A model generated the notes under the pieces. It made no database searches and had not been told where the DNA came from. It saw only the letters and a program-made list of their open reading frames with translations. Shown here piece after piece: positions 1 to 10,800 of a stretch of 64,000 bases of DNA. Within the stretch, counting starts at the first letter, position 1. Every line of letters begins with the position of its first letter. The DNA lies in NCBI RefSeq assembly GCF_026571515.1, contig NW_026858687.1, positions 62,001-126,000 on the forward strand, given 5' to 3'. The translations under genes were made by a program, and so were the position numbers. This DNA comes from Ruditapes philippinarum (lineage: Eukaryota).

Positions 1-1
1 C

Positions 2-2512
2 CATGCGACATGGGGCCATGAAGTTAACGGTGGCTACATCCTTCTCAACCTTTTCTACACAACCAGGATACCAGGCATCCTGGTACGCAATAGCTACATA
101 ATCGCCAAGACGGAAATCAAATTGGTCCTCCGTAGTTGTAGGAACATCAGGTTGTGGTGTACACACAACTCTGCGTCGTTTTGGTTTTGGTTTTTGGGTC
201 ATTGATTCGAACAGCTCTCGTCGTACTGAAGTCTCCTCAGCTGTGTGAATTTCCCTGAGGTTCCTTCCACCTTTGCGAGCAGCTTTCAATAAATCATTTT
301 TTTCACTTTCATGTTTTTTGTCAAGCCATTTGAACAACTGGCGTCTATTTCTTTTTATCAGTTGTACACTTGAATGATGGTGGAAGGATGCATTTGGGCG
401 TCTTCGTTGTGAACTGTCTAAGTCACCAAAATGGTGTTCACATCCTAAATTTGTCACGTGGGCATATTGTGTTCTTTGGAGGTCAGATTTTGATGGGGTT
501 TCTGCATAACGGCCCCCTTCAAGAAAGTCTGCTAACTGTTTTTCTACAGTTCTTTTCATTGAACCACTTAGTATGGATGTCAGCCTGTTTGACAGTTCAT
601 TTTGTCTTTCTTCCACACACTTTTGATATTTGTCAACATGAGGAACATAGGCATTAGGCAACCATTCCTTTTCAATCATTGTAATTGGTTCTTTTTCACA
701 TTCATCTAGGAAAACCCACAAACTGTTGATATAAGGAAATAACTCCAAATACTTTACTGAGCCAGAGGTAACTAACCACCAGTACGGTCCTGTAACCTTC
801 ACATACATAGCTGTTAATGCTGAAAGCATTGTTTGGACAATTGGGGATTGAAGGTCTGCTTCAACTGCTTTGATTTTGTTGTTTGGACAAGGGACATTTT
901 TGATGACCTCTAAAAAGTCACTGAGATGGAAGAGAATCTCTGCTGAGGTTTGGAAAAGTCCATTAAATCTATTGTCTCGGTAGTTTCCAATTAAAGACCG
1001 AAGACCCTTGTTGGCACAGAATGACTCCCATTTATCGCGCAAACCCAGATGATCACCTGCGGGACCAAATATGCCGGAAGTAGTATATGCTACCCTTTCT
1101 GCAACAGTTTGTTTCTTGGACCAGTTTTTGAAATATGGTAGCTGATCTCTGCCAATTGGTTCATCACTAATTGTTTTTTCTTCTTTTTTCAGGTCATCAC
1201 ATACATATCGATGAAAGCCAAGTAGGACATGGGCCATGCAGTGGAATTGCAAAACTGTAGTTTTTGTGCCCTCATTTGAACATGTTTCAAGTTCTTGGTC
1301 TCGCCATTCATTCAAAAATTTGTCAGCACATTTCTCATTAGCTGCGCGGTCGCTCATTGTGAATGCAAGCTTTTCAAGTGATTCTCTTATAAAGTCTGTA
1401 CTTTCATTTTCGCTGCTTTTTTCCGATTTTGGAGTGGAATCAGAATGACATTTGGCTAGCTCGGTTAAATGAGTCTTTGTGACAAGGTTGATTTTTTCAG
1501 CAGTTTCTGATACAACTCGTTTGAATCCAAGGCTAACAATTTCACCATTGTCTAATGTTATAGAAGTGTCTAATATTTTCTTTTTTTGTCTCGAAGTACC
1601 ATCTCGACTGATGCCAAAGCTTTCTGAAGTGTGTAGTCGGTCTGCTATATAGCTTTTCACCAAAAACTGTCCTTCATCTACAATGTTTTGTATAGTTGAC
1701 TTTGTCGGGAGTTCTTTGTCATTTATTTGGCATCTGAAAATGTGATTTGCAACTACTTGTATTGCTGAAGGGATCTTTTCAATGGCTATTTCAAGGCCAA
1801 ATAATTCAATAACACAAAGTCTCAGGTCATTTGTAAATATTCCCCTATCATCCTTGAGGTCAGATTTTTTTCCTTCTCTCAGTGTTTCTAATTCGAGCAT
1901 CAAGCTGTCTCTGTCATCACGATTATAGTCTTTTGTCAGGTTGTCATTAGTTTCATTTCTTTTTTCATCACCTTCTCTCATTTTCTTAAGTGTAGTCCTG
2001 TAATAACTATTTAGTTTTTGGGCATTTATTTTCTTCTTTTGTTCTTCATACAATCTTTGGTTTTCTGCTTTTATTTTCTCATGTAAGATTTTCAAGTCTT
2101 CAAGTTCTGCATGCAACTCTGAATTAGCACTTTTTAACAGCTCACCTTCATTCTTGCTTTTGAGTAATGCATGCTTGGTTTCACGCAATTGTTTTCGTGT
2201 TTTTGCGGCGCACTCATCACGTTTAGTTACATTGCGTACAGAAAAGTGACCTTTGATACTCTGTAGACGTTCCACATTTTGCTTTTCAGATTCAGTTAGT
2301 TTTGTGAGCTTTTCAAGTGTGTTTTGTTTCACCAATATTCTGTACTGCAGATTGTTTTCTTTTTTGGCATCCTCATTTTGACATGTTTTCATTTTTGCTG
2401 GCAATTTCTGTTTGATAGGGGACGATTTCTGTTTGATAGGGGACGTGGGACTGGGAAAAGTTTCATTTGCTGGTGACATCTGTATAGGTGACTTGGGACA
2501 GGTCTCATTCAT
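2..2512 (-). mobile_element. Intact hAT-like (divergent, possibly hATw/hATx-type) DDE transposase ORF, >=837 aa, 3' end outside the window
   Basis: Read by hand: no stop codon on the minus strand from 2521 to 2, first ATG at 2510-2512. Motifs in order: coiled-coil N-terminus, SRDGTSR (D1), MSDRAANE (D2), FHCMAH (CxxH), YRDNRFNGLF, TNLGCEHHFGDLD (E), then GDYVAIAYQDAWYPGCVEKV (Tudor/SH3-like). TIRs not located. Confidence 0.8.
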
Positions 2513-2558
2513 CAAAAGGTGCTATCTACTGACACAACATAATACTGATATTAGTTAG

Positions 2559-3184
2559 CTAGAAATGTGTCCGTAGGACACGGACGCCCCCACACTTCAC
2601 TGTTTTGTCAATCTTATGACTCTAGGTAAAATATTTTTTGGGCTACACATGCCACAAGTTGGAAACTAAAATCCTTTACTAAGTAAAGGGCAAGGACTTT
2701 ACAGATACTGAATAAATCCACAAGCAAACCCCATGGCCCATAAGTGCACATGCTGACCAACATTATTATAAATTTTCAAGCCTACAAGTCAAATACTTTT
2801 TTAGCTATGCATGAACAAGTTGAAAATTGCAAATTTATACTAAGTCAAGGGCAATATCTCTAACAAAACTGAAAAGAAAATCCACATGCAAAACCCCAGA
2901 AGCATAGTTTCGAAATGATGCTGATCATTACTCCTGTAAAGTTGGTTGATTCTAACTCAAGCATTCAAGGAACAAATAACACAACATTAGGAACGGTTTT
3001 TACTAAGTCAAGGGCAATAACTATAGAAATACTGGATAAATCCACAAGCGAAACCCATGGTGCACAACTAAGCATGCTGACCAACATTCCTATTAAGTTT
3101 TTGAGCAATGTGCGACACAGTTTGAAAATTGCAAATTTTTACTAAGGCAAGGGCAATAAATCTTCAAACAAATAAATCCAAATG
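2559..3184 (+). mobile_element. Truncated Helentron-associated (HINE; CvA/Pearl/DTC84-like) element with diverged ~160-bp internal repeats
   Basis: Starts CTAGAAATGTGTCCGTAGGACACGGACGCCCCCAC (hairpin plus subterminal motif). Colinear with the reverse complement of ~55450-56073. Confidence 0.75.
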
Positions 3185-4016
3185 AAACTAGAACTATCAC
3201 TAAATGTGATCAATACCCCCACAAGACTGCTTCGGAAATGAGGATGTTACTAGTAACAGAATACCTTGTAAAAGAATTGAAATATAGACTTATGGTTGTG
3301 GGCAATTAAAGATAGTTGTGGTTCTTGTATGTTGCATTTCCTTTCAATGTGGTTGGCCATTGATGAAGTTTTATTGAATTACTCTGTAATAAGTCCAGAA
3401 GACAAGGAAAAGAAACAAAGGGCAATAACTCTATAAATACTGAAGATGGAGTTATAGTTCTTGTGCACTGCACTTCCTCTAATTGTGCTTGACCATTGTA
3501 TGAAGTTGTTTTGAATTCCAACCAGTACGTTTTAAGTTATGCTCTGGACAAGGAAAAGTATCAAAGGGCAGTAACTCTGTATTTTGTCAAGATGGAGTTA
3601 TGGTTCTTGTGCACTGCACTTCCTCTCAAAGTGCTTGACCATTGTATGAAGTTATATTGAATTCCAACCATTAGTCTTCAAGTTATGGTCGGGACAAAAG
3701 AAAGCAATGGAAAAGTAACAAAGGGCAATAACTCTGTAATTACTTTAGATAGAGTTATGGTTTTTGTGCACTGCACTTCCCCTTATTGTGTTTGACAATT
3801 GTATGAAGTTGTTTTGAATTCCAACCAGTAGTTTTCAAGTTATGCCCTGGACAAGGAAAAGTAACAAAGGGCAATAACTCTGTAATTAGTCAAGCTAGAG
3901 TTATGGTTCTTGTGCACTGCACTTCCTCTCAATGTGCTTGACCATTGTGTGTAGTTATATTGAATTCCAACCATTAGTCTTCAAGTTATGGTCCGGACAA
4001 AAGAAATGGAAAAGTA
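3185..4016 (+). mobile_element. Second HINE-like element with a 146/157-bp tandem array
   Basis: Begins AAACTAGAAC...ATACCCCCAC. Units starting AAAGGGCAATAACTCT at 3417, 3563, 3720 and 3866. Confidence 0.7.
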
Positions 4017-4390
4017 AGTTTATTGAGACTTGATGGTATACGGTATTTTTTCATATATGTAAAAATTGTTTGAAAACCATTTTTATCGTTGTAATAGATG
4101 TCCCATTCGTGTTTAAATATTAAAATGGTTTTGGTACAGTGTTTACAGGGTTGATCACGTTCATGGGGGGCAGGATCTGACCCCCAAGCGTCTGTGGAAC
4201 TACTGGGTAGGGCAGCGCACTATAAGCATGCATGCTAAAATTGTTTATCTTCCAGTGGCAGCTGAAGTAGATGTGTTGCCAGAAAATTCTGAAATATGAT
4301 ATGTCTACAAATTTAGTTAAAGTTTCTCATCTATGATTATAAATAACATAATGAACTTTGACCTGTTGATAAGTAATTCATTTAATTTAC

Positions 4391-4550
4391 CTTTGGGCTT
4401 TCTTCTAAGCTGATGAACATTACCAATAATTGGGAGTGACTTTGGACCTCCAAGTTTATCAGCATTTCGTCTGATCTTTTCCTGCTTGTAAAACCAATAA
4501 GTAATCAAACATACAACTATCGCAACCAGGACCACAGAGAGAGCCACCAT
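4391..4550 (-). CDS. Cytochrome P450, CYP4-clan-like, coding exon 1 (remaining exons left of the window)
   Basis: MVALSVVLVAIVVCLITYWFYKQEKIRRNADKLGGPKSLPIIGNVHQL: membrane anchor, basic stretch and the (P)GPxxLPIIGN hinge typical of microsomal P450s. Phase-1 donor G|GTAAAT at 4391/4390. Confidence 0.8.
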
Positions 4551-4871
4551 TTTGGCTAAGTCATGTGATATATCACGTGATTAAAAAAGAAGGGAGCAAA
4601 TCTTCGGAACTTTTCGCCGAATATTTACGGAAACGGACGGAAAATTGCCTTTGCCTTTTGGATATTTTTTGAGGGGTAAAATAGTTTTCAGAAGGAGCTA
4701 CTAATCAATAAAGGTGGATGATATGTTTTGAAGAAAAAAAACTTCTCTAACTGAAATTATAATGGGACACATATATATATTTCTGTTTAAAGAATGCATG
4801 ATGAAAGAGATATTTGTACAGTACATTCGTAAGTATATTATAAAACAAGAACGGTAACTCTCAGAACAAAA
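4551..4871. promoter_or_regulatory. Putative bidirectional promoter between the CYP4-like gene and METAP1
   Basis: Only 321 bp between divergent ATGs. Contains the near-perfect palindrome TCATGTGATATATCACGTGA (4561-4580, two E-boxes) and several CGGAA (ETS-like) motifs at ~4604-4643. Confidence 0.6.
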
Positions 4872-7800
4872 ATGGCAGCCTCCACAGTCGCAACGAGAGT
4901 TTGTGAAACTACGAGCTGTAATAAAGATGCTAAGCTCCAATGTCCTACTTGTATAAAACTTGGAATTCCTGGATCATATTTCTGTGACCAGGTTGAATAT
5001 TTTTTACTCCTATACTTTGTTTATCACTATTTATTCTTCTTTTTGATAGAAAATAGATCTGTCAAAACTCAAATTAATTTTTGAGATTTACATAGACATG
5101 GTAGACTTTTCATTCTTTTGTTGTTTTGTATGGAAGATGAATTTTTAAATGATTTTAGTTAATTAAGCACATGCATGGATCAAATGCATAATCATAACCA
5201 TGATAACGGCAAAAGAAGCTTTTTTTCATAACGGCATGATTGGAGTTGAATAAATAAATAAATAAATAAAAAGAACATTGAAAAAAAGGTGAAAATGTAA
5301 CGCAACGGCCGTTGTGGTGTAGTGGTTAGCATACTGTACCTGCAATTCATAGACTTGACCTGTGGTCGTAGGTCTTGCTGTGGCGTGCCCATTTTTCATG
5401 CGAATTTTACACAGGGTTACACAGGTGCAAACCCGGGTTATAAAGTGGTGAATTTTGGGCAGCAGGCGGGTGGGGAAAATATTTTTGTAACAGTTTTCTC
5501 AGCAACTGCTTATAGCAACCTCATGATCATTGCAGGGATTTTTTGGGCTAATTTTATAGCGGTTATTGGGTCATATTCTCAAATAGGAAAAAATTCCCAA
5601 TTGAAAGTTGTAAAATAAAAATATTGGATAAAAGTTCTAAAATCTTTGCAAATAAGGGCTTCTTCACTGTAAATTGTAATAGTGCTTAAATGTTTGAAGA
5701 TGCCATCATTGACAGTAATTGTTTGTATCCATTTAATCACTGCAAAATTTCAATCATGTATTTTTCCCATTTTTTAACAAAACGCCGCTGAAATTTTCAA
5801 TTCCATGGGTATGGGTCGTGTTCCCAAAATGCTGGAAAAATCTCTGAATTGGTATACTTGGTCCCATACCATGGGATTCGATTTCAGGTATGTCGCTCAT
5901 CCATTTGCTGTTTACCAACTTAGTTAAATTTTCAACATCAATTTTGAATGGTAGGAAATTTTTGTAACAGTCTTCTCAGCAACTACTTATCACGGCCTCT
6001 TAATATTTGGTATACAGCATCAACACATAGTCAGGAGAGAGTTTCATATAAGCTGCAAGCTTTCTAGTCTACTCAATCCTGAATGCAATTTATATATTGT
6101 AATTTTGTCTGTAAGTATTGATGAAGAAATAAATCTTGTTTAAACTAACACATAGTCCTATACTGTTGTATGGAACGCCATAGCTGCCTCATGTTATTAA
6201 ATTTTGTTTTATTTTTCCCTAAAAGCGTCTTATTATGTATAATTGAAGTGTTGGCTTGCCAACATTTTATAGGAACCTGTCTTAACGAAGTCTTATTAGG
6301 TCAAATATTCATTTTATCTTGTCAAAACGTAGTGCTGGCTTGTCTAAACACTGTCTTATTATTTCAAAACGTCATGTTATCATGTGAAAATCCGGTGTTA
6401 ACATGCCGAATGGAAGTCTTAATATGTCTAACATGCACGCCATTTTTTTGAATAAAGAGTTCATTATGTCTGAACAAAGACTTGTTTAAATGTGGTGTTG
6501 AATTGTCTTGAAATTGTCTTATCACGTGAAACAGTAGTTTTATCTTGTCGGAAGTTGGTGTCATCTTGTCCAAATGTGATCCTGGTATATTATGACACTG
6601 TTGTATTATGTTATACTGTCGTTTTTGTCTTGTCCAAATCGTGATAATGACTTGTCTAAACACCGTCACATTTTGTCAGACTGCCATGTCATTGTGTTCA
6701 AATTCGGTGTTATCTTGCTTAATGAATGTCTTTTATGTCAAAATAGCATGCTGTCTTGTCCAACTGTTGTGGTAATTTGTCTAGAAAAATTGTCTTATTA
6801 TGTGAAACAGTAGTGTTATCTTGTCGGAACTTGGTGTCAACTTGTCAAACTCATGTGTTATTATGTTGGGTAGTAGTGATATCTTGTTCAACCGTTATAT
6901 TGACCTGGCTGAGTGCTGTCCTGTTTTGTCAAAATGTTGTGTTGCTTTGTATGAGGTGGTGTTATTCTGTCTAATTGTGCCAAAACATCATGCTGTCTTG
7001 CCTAAAACTGTTGTTATCTCGTCTAAAAATATACTTATTATGTGAAATACTAATGTTGACTTGCCAATAAATTTTGTTTGTTTGTGTAAACGTTATTTTA
7101 TTATTTCAAATAGTATTGTTGACTTGTCGAAAGATGGTATTGACATGTCTAAACACTTCCTTATTATCTCAGATCGCCATGCTATTTTATTCAAACTTTA
7201 TGTTAACCGGCCTAAACACCGTTTTATTATGTGAAATAATGATGGTATCTTTACAAATTATGGTTATGCACTGTTAAAATGCTTTTTTAATTTGTTAAAC
7301 TGTCATGCAATTGTGTCCAAATGTAGATTCAACTTGTCTATATTCGTCTTATTATGTCAAATAGTCATATCATCTTGTCGAAACGTGGTGATGACTTTTT
7401 CTAAAATTACTATTCTTTTTGTCAAAGTGTCATTTTATTTTGTCAAGGTCAGTGTTAATTTTACTAAACATCGTCCTTTTATGGCGAAGTATCATTTTTC
7501 CTTTTCAAATGTGGTGTTTACTTATTGAAACACAGTAAATCATTATGTAGTACAAAGGCGTTTAACTTGCCAGTTTATGACGTAAACATGTCTACACGCC
7601 GTCTCATTATGTCAGATAATCGTATTATCATGTCCAGCATGCGATGTTTGTCAAAATTTTAGTAATCATGTTGACCAGAGCCCACGCTGCAGCGTGAAAG
7701 ATAGAGCAAAAAAAGGTAACGGGACAGTTTAGCAAAATCAGACAGCGCTTTCTCAAGACGGAACTAAATTTGAACAAATTAACACAATTATTAGAAACAT

Positions 7801-10800
7801 AACATTTACGAAAATTTAAATACCTTTTCGCAAGATAAACAATTTTTGACTTTATAAAACCTGTTTAAAATTAAACCTTTGCCCAAAAGCATACATTATT
7901 AAAAGGGGGAATCAGACCCCTTTGGCAAAGAAATGAATTTTTGAAAAAGCTAAATTTTACATTGGCATTAACAACGTTTTTTACACAATAAGACGTTTTG
8001 AAAATTTAACAGAATTTAAAACCCATGGCATTGGTAAATATTAGTCCAATCCCCATAAGACATTCTGTTTCCAATTAGAAATTTTAACAAAGGTAAAATT
8101 GAATTGACATTTTCTAAACACTTTCAGCCCAAATTTGACGATTAAACATATTAAAAATAAAGGGATTTAAAAGTAAACCATCCCCCTTTTAAAATAAGTA
8201 CATGTTAGCAATTAATGAATTTTAAATTTTTTGTTTAAAAGTTAAAACTTATTTAACAGCCTAAGTTGCTTAGCAGATAAACATGTAATCTGTGGGATTT
8301 GATTATATATTGATTGATTTCTTAAGGCTTTCAAGTTTTGCCAATTAAAAAGTTCAACAAAAAGGTAAAGATAGAAATTTTAAAAATTTTTTAAGAAATA
8401 CTCTTTATTTTTTAATGAATTAAATAACTTTTTTCCCATAATAAATTGGATTTACCCATATCCTACCTTTGTTCCAACAAATTCATGTTAACCCTTTTAA
8501 TTTGTTTAAAGGGGATTTAAAAGAAGGCCCTTTTAACCGGCCGTTTTGGGCCGTCCAATTTTGTGGGTTGATTTTATAATTATATTTTAAAAAACTTTAA
8601 AATTTTTCAATTGGTAAACATCGACACAAGAACAGTCTTAAGTAAATTTATTTTCATTTGTTTTGGAAAAATCTTTGTTAAAAAATTTTCCACATTTTTA
8701 AAATTATATTATTCAAAATTTTCCCCCAATTGTAGCGGGAGTGCCCTTTGTCAGATTCAGTCCTTGCGAAAAGGGCAATCGCCCCTGGCGTCGGTTCGAA
8801 AAAAATTTTTAAGTTTTGGACCAAACACTTTATTAGAAGTAACAAATGTCTTTAAAACATCTTGTTCAAATATAAAAATTAAAAAAGGGTAATAACTAAA
8901 GGTTTGAAATTACCCCTTTTTTGAATTAAAAAGGTAACTTAATTTTTATTTTCAAAATTATTTACACTTTAAATTTCCCTTTAAACTACTACTTTCATTA
9001 AAAAGAATATAACAAAGGAAAATAACTTTTTCCCTGGTAGTTTTTGCAAAATGCCCTTTTATTTAAAAATTTCAATTGAATTGGGTAAAATTTTTAAATC
9101 TTTTATAACTTATGGTTTCTTGAAACTTTATTTTTCAAAAATAACCCCAATTATTACCAAAGGGTATCTTTTAAATTTTTTTTTTTTTTTTTAATTGAAT
9201 TTTTTATTTTTAGTGCCCTTTTATGAAATTTTTAATATAATTTGAAATTTTTCAGTAAATCTTTCAGGCCATGGCAAAAGATTAAGGTTTTTTTGAATTG
9301 GAATTTTTCTTAGAAAAAATTTTTAAATAAATTTTTATTTTATTTAACATTAAGATTTTATTTGAATGTAGTTTTAAAGTCTTTAAAACCCAAATGAAGG
9401 AAAAAAATCTTGTGAAAATTCTTATTAAATTGTTCCCATTAAATCTGCTTCTTTTAAATGGGTATTTTGGGAACCTAAAAGGTCACCCTTTGGTTTTCTC
9501 ATTTTTGGTAATTTTATTTCATTATCAAAATCCCAAAAATAACACCTTGATGAGTTTTACCTGTCACACTGATTATGAGGTCAAATGGTCAAACGTCAAG
9601 GTCACTATTACCTTTAATATTTTACAGGTTTAGATAAATTTTCTCAAAAAATAACTAAAGCTATTTTCTGTGTGACTTTGTTTTCTTGTTCACTATTATC
9701 ATGTGATGCAATATCATAAGGGCAGATAATCTTAAGTTATATTTTGAAAAGTTATGTCCCTTTTTGACATAGACTTTTTTTTACCCTGATTAACCTTTTT
9801 GTAAAGGTTATTTTCTCAAAAAGCTGTCAATGATATTCACTTTAAATTTGGAATATGTGTTCACTATAAAATTTGAAATGTAAATTTAAAATGACCCCTA
9901 TATTTTTTATACTTATGGCCACAAATGACCCCCCAAAAAATCCAGTCTGGCAAAAACACTGAATGCACTTTGATAAATAGAAGTTGATAGATTTTGAAGC
10001 ATACAATATAGTTTAGCCCCAAATTAAGCTGTTTTTCAAAACTAAAGCTTGATTATCTCATTTTATCCTGCTACACTGACTTACATTCTGTTGTATATAA
10101 AGTATTAACCTTAACTTTGTAGAAAATGAAGCCAAGACCATAGAGCAGCAGTTACTGGAACACCAGAAATCACTCTGGGCAGGTGTACGTTTTTCCACGC
10201 GGATCCCCCCCCTTTTCCCCCGGAAGACCCCCCCGGAAGACCTGTTTGTTTTTTGTATAATTATAAAAAGATGAGGGGCCACGTTTTAGCGAAAACAAAA
10301 CGCAAATAAAAATTTTTAAAATTAAAAAATGAATTTTCAATCAATTATTTTAAAAGAAACTTTCAATTTCCTTTGAATTTTGTTCATGAAAATTATTTTA
10401 AATTTTTGTTTTGAAGTTTAAAAATTAATTGTTTTTTAAAAGAACAACTTGAAGCTGAAAATTTTTTGGTCATAAAATTTAGAGGCTCTCATGTTTTAAT
10501 CTGTAGAAAAGAAACTTAAATGCTTTTTTACACCTGAAAAAATACATGGATGAGCTACTTATGCCTTCCCCGACCAGTTAAGATAGAATACACTATGTTC
10601 AGTAAGCTAACTAGATAGCTTCCTCACATCCAGAGTGGCGAGACGAAAGTGAGTTTTGACCATAGAGATCCTCCTGTGTTAATGAATACGAGCTTAACAA
10701 AGTTTGCCTAGATTAAAGCATTCATTAATGTAAAGTAGCTTTACATTGGTATGAAATATTTGAAATATTGTTTAAAACCAATAAAGATCACGAAGAATGA

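Noticed and set aside
370-1448. Plus-strand ORFs of 95 and 70 aa
   Set aside because: Antisense shadows of the minus-strand transposase ORF.
2521-4391. In-frame CYP exon 1-transposase fusion by splicing
   Set aside because: The CYP donor is phase 1, while the AG acceptor just before the open frame (2523-2522) is phase 0. Internal acceptors were not exhaustively tested, so there is no support for a fusion.
5306-5400. tRNA-like A box TGGTGTAGTGGTTAGCA
   Set aside because: No B box or cloverleaf. At most a decayed SINE head.
6170-7528. Cluster of Cys/Leu/Val-rich ORFs
   Set aside because: Translations of a degenerate tandem repeat in several overlapping frames.
9250-9300. Candidate METAP1 exon 2
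   Set aside because: An acceptor-like TTTTCAG is present, but there is no recognisable CFKxxWxxHK frame or donor, and the sequence quality is poor.
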